NCBI GenBank assembly: GCA_004356805.1
Contig: SMXW01000045.1
Location: forward strand, 20,216-84,215
Reading direction: 5' to 3'
From: Acidobacteriota bacterium
GTDB lineage: Bacteria > Actinomycetota > Acidimicrobiia > Spongiisociales > ZC4RG35
DNA length: 64,000 bases
Below the pieces are notes generated by a model. The model did not search any database. It saw only the letters and a list, made by a program, of their open reading frames with translations, and was not told the DNA's origin. The position numbers and the translations under genes were made by a program. Below, piece after piece: positions 1 through 10,143 of this stretch; position 1 is the first letter of the stretch; each line of letters begins with the position of its first letter.

Positions 1-1
1 T

Positions 2-301
2 GTGCTCACCACCACCGGTCACCGCGGCTATGCCGAGACGGCCGTCGGCCGATTCAAGACCGACCTCAAAGGCCCGGTGGTCGTGGTGGTGCGTCCTGAA
101 GATGTTCAGTTGTCAATTGGAGAGACTCCAAACGCTGTCGTTGCCCGGACAGAGTTCTTCGGTCATGATCAATTAGTGACGGTTACCCTGAACGGGGGTA
201 GGAGGATCCGATCCCGGATCGGCCCAAGACCCAGCTTTCAGCTAGGAGACCGCGTCCGGGTAAAGGCGATCCACGCCAGGGTCTATCCGGGCCGCACCTA
301 A
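2..301 (+). CDS. ABC transporter ATP-binding protein, C-terminal TOBE domain (5' truncated by window edge)
   Basis: VVRPEDV...EFFGHD...GDRV pattern typical of the TOBE tail of PotA/FbpC/MalK-type ATPases; no start codon inside the window. Confidence 0.7.
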   Translation: MLTTTGHRGYAETAVGRFKTDLKGPVVVVVRPEDVQLSIGETPNAVVARTEFFGHDQLVTVTLNGGRRIRSRIGPRPSFQLGDRVRVKAIHARVYPGRT

Positions 302-312
302 GGTCGGAGCCA

Positions 313-999
313 ATGGAGTCGGTCCTTTCGATTGTCGCGGCCGTCGCCGCAAGTCTTTTCGCATTTGATCTTTGGAAGGACTATCGCTTGCGTCCAAGGC
401 CGCACGTTGCGGCATATGGCACAGGCATGACCATGTTTGCCGTCGCCACATGGGCGTTGTTCATCGGTGTCACCTTCTCTTGGACAGGGCCCATCTACCG
501 CACCTTCTTCCTGTTTGGCGCCGTTCTCAACATCCCATTTCTGGCCCTCGGCTCGATGTTCCTGGTGGTCGGGAAGCGCTCCGGTCATGTGATGACAGTT
601 GCTCTTGGGGCATTCACCGCCTTCGCCACGACTCTCACCCTGACCGTGCCCTTCCAGCGCCCTCTGCCAGACGGCGGCATCCCGCACGCACGCGACATGT
701 TCGAGGGCGGATTCGGACCCCGACTGTTCGCCTTGATCGGCGGAGCGGTGGGAGTGACGATCCTGATCTTTCTAGCTCTGGTCAGTCTCGTTCGCTTCTG
801 GAATAAGGACCGGAGCATCGTCTGGGGGAACGCACTGATCCTGGCGGGGACACTGTCGGCGGCGTGGGGCGGCACGCGTCTGGCTCTTGGGGATACGAGT
901 GGATTCACCCTCTCCCTTCTCATCGCCGTGACACTCATATGGGCCGGTTACCGAGTCGCCGCTGGCCGTCTTCGTATGGGTCGCGATCTGCGAGCCTGA
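313..999 (+). CDS. Multi-pass membrane protein of unknown function (about 7 TM)
   Basis: 228-aa hydrophobic ORF with ATG start; TAAGGT -10-like hexamer 8 nt upstream. Confidence 0.75.
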   Translation: MESVLSIVAAVAASLFAFDLWKDYRLRPRPHVAAYGTGMTMFAVATWALFIGVTFSWTGPIYRTFFLFGAVLNIPFLALGSMFLVVGKRSGHVMTVALGAFTAFATTLTLTVPFQRPLPDGGIPHARDMFEGGFGPRLFALIGGAVGVTILIFLALVSLVRFWNKDRSIVWGNALILAGTLSAAWGGTRLALGDTSGFTLSLLIAVTLIWAGYRVAAGRLRMGRDLRA

Positions 1000-1111
1000 G
1001 GTTGTTAGAACCGGATACGGGCCGTACAACCTGAGGTTCGCCCTTACCGGGTACGTGACCCACAGCCTGAGGTTGTTAGAACCGGATACGGGCCGTACAA
1101 CCTGAGGTTCG
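993..1111. repeat. Two identical 48-bp palindromic (REP-like) units separated by 23 bp
   Basis: AGCCTGAGGTTGTTAGAACCGGATACGGGCCGTACAACCTGAGGTTCG at 993-1040 and 1064-1111; each unit has CCTGAGGTTGT...ACAACCTGAGG near-inverted ends; lies between convergent genes. Confidence 0.9.
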
Positions 1112-1115
1112 GGGT

Positions 1116-2120
1116 TTAGCCGCCGATGTAGGACATTTCGACCGGTGTGCCGATGCGGGATGTCTGAGAGGAGCGAATTTCGGAGTAGCGGTCGTCGCGC
1201 TTGGCCCAGATCTCGTCGATGACCTCACCCACATCGACCCCGGACCGGAGAGCGTCGCGGAGACTGGTGCCGGACGATGCAAAAAGACATGTGTACAGCA
1301 TGCCCTCCGCCGACACCCGCGCCCTGGTGCACGCCCCGCAGAAGGGCTTGGTAACCGATGCGATCACCCCTACCTCGCCCTCGCCGTCGCGATAGCGGAA
1401 CCGTCTGGCGACTTCACCGGGGTAGTTGGCCGGAACTGGCTCCACCGGATAAGCCGAATTGATCGTATCGATGATTTCTGATGCCGGGACAACGTCGTCG
1501 AGACGCCACCCGTTGGTGTTTCCGACGTCCATGAATTCGATGAACCTGACAATATGGCCCGTCCCCCTGAAGTATTCGGCCATGTCGAGGACCGAATGCT
1601 CGTTGACGTCCCTTTGGACAACGCAGTTGACCTTCACCGGCCCGAGTCCGACTTCGACCGCGACGTCGATGGCCTCGAGGACAGTGGCAACAGGGAAACC
1701 CACATCGTTCATTCTCTGGAATGTGGGGTCGTCCATCGCGTCAAGACTCACCGTTACCCGGTCGAGCCCGGCCTCTGCCAGACCTGCCGCCTTTCGCGCC
1801 AACAGAGAGGCGTTGGTGGTAAGGGTCAGGTCGTCAACTCCACCGACCGCTGCGATGGCAGCCACCAGTTCCTCGATCCGCTTGCGTAACAACGGCTCAC
1901 CGCCGGTTATCCGAACCTTGGTGACGCCGCGGGAGACAAACGTGCGGACCAATGAGGTTATCTCCTCAAAGGTGAGCAACTGGTCCCGGGGCAGAAACAC
2001 GTGATCGGGTCCAAATACCTCTTTTGGCATGCAATAGGTGCACCGAAAATTGCAACGATCAGTGACCGAGATCCGAAGATCTCTGAGATGACGGTCAAAC
2101 TGATCGGTTACCCCTGTCAT
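1116..2120 (-). CDS. moaA: GTP 3',8-cyclase (molybdenum cofactor biosynthesis, radical SAM)
   Basis: LRISVTDRCNFRCTYCMP radical-SAM motif, CGACTRAR C-terminal cluster, terminal MSYIGG; start placed at MTGVTDQF. Confidence 0.95.
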   Translation of the reverse strand: MTGVTDQFDRHLRDLRISVTDRCNFRCTYCMPKEVFGPDHVFLPRDQLLTFEEITSLVRTFVSRGVTKVRITGGEPLLRKRIEELVAAIAAVGGVDDLTLTTNASLLARKAAGLAEAGLDRVTVSLDAMDDPTFQRMNDVGFPVATVLEAIDVAVEVGLGPVKVNCVVQRDVNEHSVLDMAEYFRGTGHIVRFIEFMDVGNTNGWRLDDVVPASEIIDTINSAYPVEPVPANYPGEVARRFRYRDGEGEVGVIASVTKPFCGACTRARVSAEGMLYTCLFASSGTSLRDALRSGVDVGEVIDEIWAKRDDRYSEIRSSQTSRIGTPVEMSYIGG

Positions 2121-2190
2121 TGGATCAAGAATAAGCCGGAAGACAGACAATGGATTCGAGGTTCTCTATCACAACGCCGACAATACCGAT

Positions 2191-2553
2191 ATGGGGATCT
2201 TCAAGAAGCGCCACAAGGCCGCACAACTCAGCTCGTCCATCGAGTTCGAGCAACTGCTCACCGAGGGTAAGCCGGTTCTGGTCGACTTCATGAAATACGG
2301 CTGTCAGCCTTGTCAGATCATGGATGGCATCGTCAATGAGGTGGCCGACGAGTTCCAGGAAGAGGCCATTGTGGTCAAGGCCAACCTCGACAAGGTGCCG
2401 GACCTTTTCTCCAAGTTCAAGGTGCGATCCACACCGACCTTCGTGCTCCTGACCCCGCAAGGCAATGGTTTGCACCTGAGGTGGCGACAGTCGGGCCTGG
2501 TGAAGAAGGACGTCATGGTCACCAACGTTCAACGGGCGATAGAAAAGCTATAG
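2191..2553 (+). CDS. Thioredoxin-family protein
   Basis: PVLVDF..GCQPC active site and the STPT cis-Pro loop. Confidence 0.85.
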   Translation: MGIFKKRHKAAQLSSSIEFEQLLTEGKPVLVDFMKYGCQPCQIMDGIVNEVADEFQEEAIVVKANLDKVPDLFSKFKVRSTPTFVLLTPQGNGLHLRWRQSGLVKKDVMVTNVQRAIEKL

Positions 2554-2634
2554 ACCACAGGCCGGAGTCTGGCTCTCAAAACCCTCGGCAACTCGATTCG
2601 AGGCCCTGGTGAAGCAAATGAAGTTCGGTTCTGA

Positions 2635-3801
2635 TCAGGCCTGATTCGGCATTTCAGGTTTGACTTGCCAACTGAGGTACCACCCACCCAGCCCCAGTGG
2701 CAACACGATCAGCGGGATCAGCCATCCCACGATCGGCAGCATCCAGAGGATGCCCACCACCGCAGATCCGGCGAGAACAGCCCCAAAGATCTCGAGCTTC
2801 CTGAACAGCACTCCACCGACCCTGCCGACTGTGGGGATGCCTGCCACCAGCGACGCTGCAAAAACCACTCCGACAGCCGCCAGAACCACGGGTCCGAGGA
2901 TGATGAGCAAGGGAAAGCTCGCCGAAGGTGGAGCGAGAGTGAACAGCAGCGCTCCGATAGCCACCAGGAACAAGGGCGATGCCATGACCACAGCTCCGAG
3001 CAACCACGCCCTCATAGGTGACACTTTCACTTTTTCAATGGCCGCGACGGTCCGAGACGGCCATACCCACGCCGTGCTGAGAGCGGCAATCGTCAGCAAG
3101 AGAACCACAAAGAACCTTCCGAACAGAACGAGCGCCCTGACCCTGATATTGGGTGGCAGCGGTGTCTTGTGCACCACAACCCCGCCCACGTTGGCCATCT
3201 CCAGGCCCTGCGCCGCGGACTCGGACCGGTAGCCGAGATCTCCGGACACCGTCAGATCGTCGACGACGGTCAGCTGCCCGACCGAGACGTCGACATCATT
3301 CTCAACCGAACCGGCGATTGCCAGAGTTCGTTGACTGCCCTCCAGATCCTTTCCAATGTGACCAAGTGCCTCCATGTCGAGCACCCAGGCCAGCACGTCG
3401 CCACCAACTGAAGAGCTTTCTGCAAGCCGGACATCCAGGGCTGTCACCACGATGTCTCTGCCGACGCTCCCGTTCACGACAAGCGATCTCGCAATCACCC
3501 GGAGTGCTCCACCGACCGACCCGTTGATCGTCACCCTGGGAGCCACCGCTGTCACCGAGCCGGTGACCGTCCCCTCTAGGACGACCTCCTCCGCGGCAAC
3601 GGCGATCAAGTCCCCATCGATCTCGCCATCGATCGACACCTTGATCGCTCCCGCGTAGAGATCGTCCTCGAGAAGGTCGCCGGGCCGAATGATGACGAAC
3701 TCAGAGTTCGCGGTCTCTGCCGCCTGTACCGGTGTTGTCGCTCCGACAAGGACAACCCCCGCGGCCAAGCCGAAGAGGAGAGGCCTAAAGCGAAAAGGCA
3801 T
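2635..3801 (-). CDS. Membrane protein with an extracytoplasmic beta-helical (bactofilin/polymer-forming-like) repeat domain
   Basis: Signal-like N-terminus, repeated VxGxVxGD(L/V) units, then 4-5 TM helices; overlaps the end of nuoN; start uncertain (3801 or 3816). Confidence 0.65.
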   Translation of the reverse strand: MPFRFRPLLFGLAAGVVLVGATTPVQAAETANSEFVIIRPGDLLEDDLYAGAIKVSIDGEIDGDLIAVAAEEVVLEGTVTGSVTAVAPRVTINGSVGGALRVIARSLVVNGSVGRDIVVTALDVRLAESSSVGGDVLAWVLDMEALGHIGKDLEGSQRTLAIAGSVENDVDVSVGQLTVVDDLTVSGDLGYRSESAAQGLEMANVGGVVVHKTPLPPNIRVRALVLFGRFFVVLLLTIAALSTAWVWPSRTVAAIEKVKVSPMRAWLLGAVVMASPLFLVAIGALLFTLAPPSASFPLLIILGPVVLAAVGVVFAASLVAGIPTVGRVGGVLFRKLEIFGAVLAGSAVVGILWMLPIVGWLIPLIVLPLGLGGWYLSWQVKPEMPNQA

Positions 3802-5251
3802 CAGCCGCCAGGTCAATGAGCGGCGCCGGCAGAATGCCGGCTAGAACCGTTCCGGCCACGGCGATCGTAAGCACCCAGCGGGCGGCCAACGAGACCACGA
3901 TCCCTTCTTCCTCCGTCTCGTCCATGTACATCGCGACGATGACACGCAGATAGAAGGCGAAGGAGATGACCGAGGCCAGAAGCGCAACTATCACCAACCA
4001 CCCGTAGCCATTCGCCCACGCTTCGCTGAAAACACCAAACTTGGCAACGAACCCCGACGTGAGCGGCAGACCGGCCATACCCAGCAAAAGAACAGCAAAC
4101 GCTGCCCCGAGAGCCGGGCTCCTACGGGCCAGTCCCCGGTACTCGTCGATTGAAGAGCCAGAGCTACTTGGGCCGCTCACCACCGCCACCACCGCGAACG
4201 CCCCGATCAGCTGGATCGCGTAGACGGTCACGTAGAAGAGCATCCCTGTGGTGGCTCCCCCAACGATCCCGGTCAGGATGAATCCGGCATGAGCGACACC
4301 CGAATAGGCCAACAGTCGGCGAACGTCACTTTGGACAAGAGCGATCGTCGAACCGACGAGCATCGAGAGGGCCGAGATTCCGGCGATCACCGGAAGCCAA
4401 CTGTCGTCGAGTTGGGGGACTGCTGTGAGCAGAATCCGGGCCATCGCCAGGAACCCGGCGATCTTGGCCATCGCTGCCATATACCCGACCACACCGGATG
4501 GGGCACCCTGATACACGTCGGGAGCCCAGCTGTGAAACGGCGCTGCGGACACCTTGAAGCCGAGCCCGACGATGATCAGAGCGAGTCCTATCAGGATCAC
4601 GGCCGGTCTGGTGACTATGAACTCCGTGAAGAACTGTCGTATCGCAAGTATCTCGAGTTGACCGGTTCCCGCGTACAGAAGGGCCACTCCGTATATGAAG
4701 ATTGCCGACGCAAAGGATCCAAGCAAGAAGTACTTCATCGCAGCCTCGTCGGCCTTGGTCTTCTCCTCGGTCAATCCGGCAAGGATATAGAGCGAGATCG
4801 AGCCGATCTCTAGACCAAGAAACATCATCACGAGGTTGTTGGAGGCGACCATGATCGAGAATCCGGTCGTGGCCAGGAGAACCAGGGCGATTGCCTCGGC
4901 ACCCCGTCGATTGAGGCGCTCGACAAGCCTCCACCCTGCGAGCAATCCAAGCCCCGCCATCACCAGCAACACGAAACGACCGAACACAGCGAACCCGTCC
5001 ATGACGATCATGCCGGAAAAGGCCACCAGTTCGTCAAGACCGCCGACCTCGAGAGCATCTCCCGCCTGAGCCCATTGCAGAAAAGTGAAAAAGATCGCGA
5101 TTACCAGAGTGATTGCAGAAATGGCACCCAGCACACGTGTGGCCGGCTTCCATTGAACCTCGACGAGGAGAACCCCAACGGCTCCGAGCGCAAGCACGAG
5201 TTCGGGAAGGATGGCGATCCAGCTGACCTCGGGCGTGGTGATCTCGATCAC
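3785..5251 (-). CDS. nuoN: NADH-quinone oxidoreductase subunit N
   Basis: EAAMKYFLLG, FKVSAAPFHSWAPDVYQGAP, RLLAYSG motifs; operon position. Confidence 0.95.
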   Translation of the reverse strand: MIEITTPEVSWIAILPELVLALGAVGVLLVEVQWKPATRVLGAISAITLVIAIFFTFLQWAQAGDALEVGGLDELVAFSGMIVMDGFAVFGRFVLLVMAGLGLLAGWRLVERLNRRGAEAIALVLLATTGFSIMVASNNLVMMFLGLEIGSISLYILAGLTEEKTKADEAAMKYFLLGSFASAIFIYGVALLYAGTGQLEILAIRQFFTEFIVTRPAVILIGLALIIVGLGFKVSAAPFHSWAPDVYQGAPSGVVGYMAAMAKIAGFLAMARILLTAVPQLDDSWLPVIAGISALSMLVGSTIALVQSDVRRLLAYSGVAHAGFILTGIVGGATTGMLFYVTVYAIQLIGAFAVVAVVSGPSSSGSSIDEYRGLARRSPALGAAFAVLLLGMAGLPLTSGFVAKFGVFSEAWANGYGWLVIVALLASVISFAFYLRVIVAMYMDETEEEGIVVSLAARWVLTIAVAGTVLAGILPAPLIDLAADAFSL

Positions 5252-6780
5252 TCGTGATCACCACCAGCCACCAAAACATCGCCAAGTCTTCCCGGCTCCG
5301 GTATCACGAACTCGGTTTGTTCTTCGATGTGATCGAGGAGGGCCTCGGTTGATGGGGCGATCTTGTCGAGAAGGACGTTCGGGTAGAGACCGATCACGAG
5401 AACCAGGATGGCGAGTGGAGCGAGGAGCGAGATCTCTCGAATCGAGAGATCGGAAAGCGCGATGTTCTCCTCCTTGTCGGGAACCCCTGTGAACACTCGC
5501 TCATAGGCCCAGAGCATGTAGATCGCCGCGAGCACAACCCCAATGGCGGCGACGATGGCGAGGGCCGGAAGAGTCGAATAGCTGCCTACGAGAATCAGAA
5601 ACTCGCCAACGAAACCGTTGAGACCGGGAAGGCCGATCGAAGCGAAGATCATGAATAGGAAAAACCCTGCAAAGACGGGCATCACCTTTTGCAAGCCGCC
5701 GAACTCGGAAATCTGCTTCGTATGACGGCGCTCGTAGATCATCCCAACGAGAAGGAAGAGAGCCCCGGTAACTAGTCCGTGATTGACGTTCTGGATCACG
5801 GCCCCCTGAAGACTTCCCGAGGTGAGGGCGAACGTTCCGAGGACGATGAACCCGAGATGGCTAACCGATGAATAGGCGATGAGCCTTTTCAGGTCAGGCT
5901 GGACGATGGCCACGACAGCGCCATAGATAATGCCAATTACGGCGAGTGTCCCCATGATCCAGGCCGCATCAACAGAGGCCTCAGGGAACAGGGAGAGATT
6001 GAATCGCAGCAGCCCGTAGGTGCCCAGTTTCAACAGCACGGCTGCCAAGAGGACCGATCCAGCGGTAGGGGCCTCGGTGTGAGCGTCTGGTAGCCAGGTG
6101 TGGACCGGGAAAAGGGGAACCTTGATGGCAAAGGCCAGGGCGAACGCGACAAACAGCCACCGCTCCGCACTCGTTGACAACTGCACGTTCATCAGATCCG
6201 AAAGGGCGAAGGAGGCCGAACCGAACTGGTCGGCATACGTGACGGCAAGAGCGATGATTCCGGCAAGCAGCAGGGCCGAGCCGAATGCGGTGAAAATGAA
6301 GAACTTCATCGCCGCATAGATCCGCCGGTCGCTCCCCCAGATACCGATGATGAAGTACATCGGAATGAGAATCGCCTCGAAAAAGACGAAGAAGAGAAAG
6401 AGGTCGAGAGCCAGGAACACGCCGATCATGCCCGCCTCGAGAAGAAGCGTGTACACCACAAACTCCTTGGTTCGTCGGGTGATCGACGTCGAAGCGGCCA
6501 AGGCGATCGGCACCAGGATCGCAGTAAGGAGCACCATCGGCATCGAAACGCCGTCTATGCCAAGACTCCAGCTGATGCCCCACGGTTCATACCAAACGGC
6601 TTCCTGGACGAACTGATATTCGGCAATGGGCTCAAAGACCCAGAAGACGTATCCGGCGAGAGCCAGCGGGAGCACCGCGAGAGCGACGCCCAGCGGTAAG
6701 TGCAACTCCTTGAGACGCCCTGGCACGAGGGCGACGATCGCCGCGCCAATGACAGGCAGAGCGATGAGCCAGGTCAACAT
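5248..6780 (-). CDS. nuoM: NADH-quinone oxidoreductase subunit M
   Basis: IKVPLFPVHTWLPDAHTEAPT, KRLIAYSS, GLPGLNGFVGE; start at MLTWL, coupled to the nuoL stop. Confidence 0.95.
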   Translation of the reverse strand: MLTWLIALPVIGAAIVALVPGRLKELHLPLGVALAVLPLALAGYVFWVFEPIAEYQFVQEAVWYEPWGISWSLGIDGVSMPMVLLTAILVPIALAASTSITRRTKEFVVYTLLLEAGMIGVFLALDLFLFFVFFEAILIPMYFIIGIWGSDRRIYAAMKFFIFTAFGSALLLAGIIALAVTYADQFGSASFALSDLMNVQLSTSAERWLFVAFALAFAIKVPLFPVHTWLPDAHTEAPTAGSVLLAAVLLKLGTYGLLRFNLSLFPEASVDAAWIMGTLAVIGIIYGAVVAIVQPDLKRLIAYSSVSHLGFIVLGTFALTSGSLQGAVIQNVNHGLVTGALFLLVGMIYERRHTKQISEFGGLQKVMPVFAGFFLFMIFASIGLPGLNGFVGEFLILVGSYSTLPALAIVAAIGVVLAAIYMLWAYERVFTGVPDKEENIALSDLSIREISLLAPLAILVLVIGLYPNVLLDKIAPSTEALLDHIEEQTEFVIPEPGRLGDVLVAGGDHE

Positions 6781-8666
6781 CAGACGCCCGCCACCACGAG
6801 CCAGATGACCACGACAACGGCCCCACCGAGAAACAGAGCGCCGTAGTTGCGGACGTATCCCGTCTGAAGAGGCCTCACCCATGCCCCAAAATCGCGCACC
6901 AGCCGGGCTACGCCATTGACGGCACCATCGATGATCGGGACGTCGAATCCGAAGGCAGTGGCATCCGCTGCCCTCTTACCTGGTGCCACGAGGACTCGCC
7001 CGTAGATGTCATCGACCCCATAAGCGTCTTCCCAGATACCCCAGATCGGTTGCAGCCCTTCCTCGAGCCGTTGCCAATCTTGCGGTGGCCGGCGGTAGGT
7101 GAGCCAGGCCGCAAGGATCCCGGCGGCTCCGGCAAGCACGGAAAGAAGGGAAACCACAACCAGGATCAATACGTTTTCCGGAGGCTGCCCGACACTTATC
7201 AACTCGAAGCTGGGCTCGAGGAAGCTCTCCAAAGTGAGACGGATCGGTGTGTTGGTCAGGCCACCGATAGTGGACAAGACCGCCAGGACAATCAGCGGCA
7301 CGGTCATCACCCGTGGTGACTCGTGGGGGTCAACACCCCCATCCCATCGGGGCTTGCCGAGGAAGATGAGCATGAACAATCTCGTCATGTAGAAGCCGGT
7401 TATCAGCGCGGTAACCAACCCGATCACCCAGAGGACGGAGAACCATCCGCCCCTCTCGAACACGGAGGCGAGAATCTCGTCCTTGGACCAGAAACCGCCA
7501 AGTGGTGGGATGCCGGCAATGGCCAACGTGGCGATCCCCATCGTGATCCCGGTGACCCTCATCTTCTTGAAGAGCCCACCCATCTTGGCCATGTCCTGCT
7601 CACCGTTCATGGCGTGGATAACGGACCCGGCACCCAGGAAGAGAAGCGCCTTGAAGAAGGCATGAGTCATCAGGTGGAAGAGTCCGGCGAAATATGCGGT
7701 GGTCCCCACGGCAAGAACCATGTAGCCAAGTTGGGAGATGGTCGAGTACGCCAACACCTTCTTGATGTCGCGTTGGGAGATGGCGATGGTCGCCGCCCAG
7801 AGAGCGGTGAGGGCGCCAACGGTGGCCACGATCGTCTGAGCAGCCGGTGACAACTCGAAGATGGCCGCGGAGCGGGCAATCAGGTAGATGCCGGCGGTCA
7901 CCATCGTGGCCGCATGGATGAGAGCCGAGACCGGAGCGGGGCCTTCCATGGCATCTGGCAGCCACACGTAGAGCGGTATCTGAGCAGACTTGCCTACGGC
8001 TCCGGCAAAAAGGAGCAGGGCAATGGCTGTCGCCATGCCTGTGGTCAGCTCAGCGCCGGCCCGCTCAAAGACTCCGGCGTAGGAGAGTGTTCCGAAAGCG
8101 GCAAAGATCAACATCAGAGCGATGAGAAAACCGAAGTCACCAATCCGGTTGACGATGAAGGCCTTCTTGGCCGCAGATGCAGCCGAAGGTCTCACGAACC
8201 AGAAGCCGATGAGCAGATAGGAGCAAAGACCCACCAACTCCCACCCGAGAAAGAGCATGGCGTAGTTACCGGCGAGGACGAGGGTCAGCATCGAAGCCGC
8301 AAACAGATTGAGGTAAGTGAAGAAGCGGGAGAACCGTTCGTCGCCGCGCATGTAGCCGATGGCGAACACGTGAATCAGGGCACCAACTCCAGTGACGACC
8401 ATCGCCATGAAGGCCGCCAGGGGATCCCAGAGCATCTCGAGGTTGGCTCCGATCGCCGGCATCCACTCCCAGAGCAGCACGGTGGATCCGTGCTCACCTC
8501 CCTGGAAGAACGGAATCGCGGCGACGAGTGCAACTACGAACGAGGAGGCGATCGCCCCCGACGCCAGCCAGCCACTCCAGGGCTCTTTGATGTAACGACC
8601 AAAGAAGTGAAGGAACACCGCGCCCAGGAGAGGCAGCGCAATGATGAGCCAGATGACCTCGATCAC
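6780..8666 (-). CDS. nuoL: NADH-quinone oxidoreductase subunit L
   Basis: GKSAQIPLYVWLPDAMEGP, HAATMVTAG, DIKKVLAYSTISQLG, HAFFKALLFL. Confidence 0.95.
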   Translation of the reverse strand: MIEVIWLIIALPLLGAVFLHFFGRYIKEPWSGWLASGAIASSFVVALVAAIPFFQGGEHGSTVLLWEWMPAIGANLEMLWDPLAAFMAMVVTGVGALIHVFAIGYMRGDERFSRFFTYLNLFAASMLTLVLAGNYAMLFLGWELVGLCSYLLIGFWFVRPSAASAAKKAFIVNRIGDFGFLIALMLIFAAFGTLSYAGVFERAGAELTTGMATAIALLLFAGAVGKSAQIPLYVWLPDAMEGPAPVSALIHAATMVTAGIYLIARSAAIFELSPAAQTIVATVGALTALWAATIAISQRDIKKVLAYSTISQLGYMVLAVGTTAYFAGLFHLMTHAFFKALLFLGAGSVIHAMNGEQDMAKMGGLFKKMRVTGITMGIATLAIAGIPPLGGFWSKDEILASVFERGGWFSVLWVIGLVTALITGFYMTRLFMLIFLGKPRWDGGVDPHESPRVMTVPLIVLAVLSTIGGLTNTPIRLTLESFLEPSFELISVGQPPENVLILVVVSLLSVLAGAAGILAAWLTYRRPPQDWQRLEEGLQPIWGIWEDAYGVDDIYGRVLVAPGKRAADATAFGFDVPIIDGAVNGVARLVRDFGAWVRPLQTGYVRNYGALFLGGAVVVVIWLVVAGV

Positions 8667-8668
8667 AC

Positions 8669-8974
8669 CTAGCCCCTCAACTCGGAGAGCTCGTCGACAG
8701 AAGCGGTCGCCCTTCTCCGGAATACGGCCACGATGATCGCCAATCCGACAACGACCTCTGCAGCCGCGACCACCAAGACAAAGAACACCGCGACCTGGCC
8801 GTTGAGGTCATTCAGTGCCCGACCGGCCGAGACCAGGGTCAGATTCACGGCATTGAGCATGAGCTCGATGCACATGAACATCACGAGGGCGTTGCGCCGC
8901 AACAACAGACCAAGGGCACCGATGAGGAAGAGTGCTGCCGCCAAGGCCATGTACCAACCGGCGGCGACAATCAT
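8669..8974 (-). CDS. nuoK: NADH-quinone oxidoreductase subunit K
   Basis: [14 protein letters not shown] and [10 protein letters not shown]. Confidence 0.95.
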   Translation of the reverse strand: MIVAAGWYMALAAALFLIGALGLLLRRNALVMFMCIELMLNAVNLTLVSAGRALNDLNGQVAVFFVLVVAAAEVVVGLAIIVAVFRRRATASVDELSELRG

Positions 8975-9492
8975 GCCTGCTCCCTGCGGTGGTGAGCCAG
9001 GCCGATCGCCCCCGCCGCGGCAATGGTCAAAAGCAACGCCGTCGCCTCGAACGCCAGCACCCAGTCGGTGAACAGCAGCTCAGCGATCGCCTGAATGGTT
9101 CCGTTGGTCGCTTCCGGGATCGTATTCGTCGCTGCCGGAACCCAATCGAAATTGCCGAAGACCGTCAAGGCCCCGGCAAAGAGAACGATCACACCCCCAA
9201 GCCCACCGACGAAGGCCCGTTGATAGGGCAGCTTCTCGTCCCAGTCCTCGGACTTGTCGACACCGATCAGCATGATCACAAAGAGGAAGAGGGTCAGGAC
9301 TGCTCCGGCGTAGACGATCACCTGGACGGCGGCTACCAGATGAGCCAATTGCAGCACATAGAGAACAGCCACCGAGAAAAGAGTTCCCAGGAGTCCCATC
9401 GCCGAATAGACCGGGTTGCGAGCAGCCACGATGGCTACCGCTCCGACAAGGGCGCCTATCGCCATGAGGACGAAAAGGATCGTCTCAGCCAT
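8971..9492 (-). CDS. nuoJ: NADH-quinone oxidoreductase subunit J
   Basis: [18 protein letters not shown] motif; operon position. Confidence 0.93.
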   Translation of the reverse strand: MAETILFVLMAIGALVGAVAIVAARNPVYSAMGLLGTLFSVAVLYVLQLAHLVAAVQVIVYAGAVLTLFLFVIMLIGVDKSEDWDEKLPYQRAFVGGLGGVIVLFAGALTVFGNFDWVPAATNTIPEATNGTIQAIAELLFTDWVLAFEATALLLTIAAAGAIGLAHHRREQA

Positions 9493-10141
9493 CGTCGTCC
9501 TCGGTGGGTGACCGTGCGTCGAGCTCGCTCTGGCCGGGCTCCGGGTCCCAGTCCCCCGGGCCAGGAGTCCCCTGCCACATCTTCACACCCTGGTAGGAGG
9601 CCATGCCGGAGGGGGCGGTGGCCTTGACCCAACCATCGGCGACTGCAAGCTCATCCATGTCGGCCAGCTCGTCATCGGGGAACATATGAGGCACTCCCCC
9701 TTTTTCGTCCATGAGAAGGGTCTCTCTGGTGTAGATCGCGTCCTCGCGGTTTGTGGTCGACATCTCAAAGAGGTGAGTCATCGTGATGGCCTCGGTCGGA
9801 CAAGCCTCCACGCAGAGCGCGCAGAAGATGCAGCGGAGCATGTTGATCTCATAGACGAAACCGAACCGCTCACCGGGTGACGTCGGGTTCTCGGGATCGT
9901 TGTCCATCCCACGCACAAAGATGCACTTGGCCGGGCACACTCCGGCACAGAGCTCACATCCGATGCACTTCTCCATGCCGTCGGGATACCGGTTGAGCAC
10001 ATGACGCCCGTGGAAGCGCGGCGGCTTCTGACGCATCTCTTTGGGGTACTCCGTTGTCACCAGTTCCTCGCCGGTGATGGTGCGGAGCATCGTCCCGCCG
10101 GTGACTCTGAGCCCTTTGATGAATTCTCTGATCACACCCAT
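9485..10141 (-). CDS. nuoI: NADH-quinone oxidoreductase subunit I
   Basis: RFHGRH, CIGCELCAGVCP and CIFCALCVEACP. Confidence 0.95.
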   Translation of the reverse strand: MGVIREFIKGLRVTGGTMLRTITGEELVTTEYPKEMRQKPPRFHGRHVLNRYPDGMEKCIGCELCAGVCPAKCIFVRGMDNDPENPTSPGERFGFVYEINMLRCIFCALCVEACPTEAITMTHLFEMSTTNREDAIYTRETLLMDEKGGVPHMFPDDELADMDELAVADGWVKATAPSGMASYQGVKMWQGTPGPGDWDPEPGQSELDARSPTEDDDG

Positions 10142-10143
10142 CG

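Noticed and set aside
993..1111. Mini-CRISPR (repeat-spacer-repeat)
   Set aside because: Only two units, a 48-bp repeat with a 23-bp spacer, overlap with a stop codon, and no cas gene or leader; fits a REP-like doublet better.
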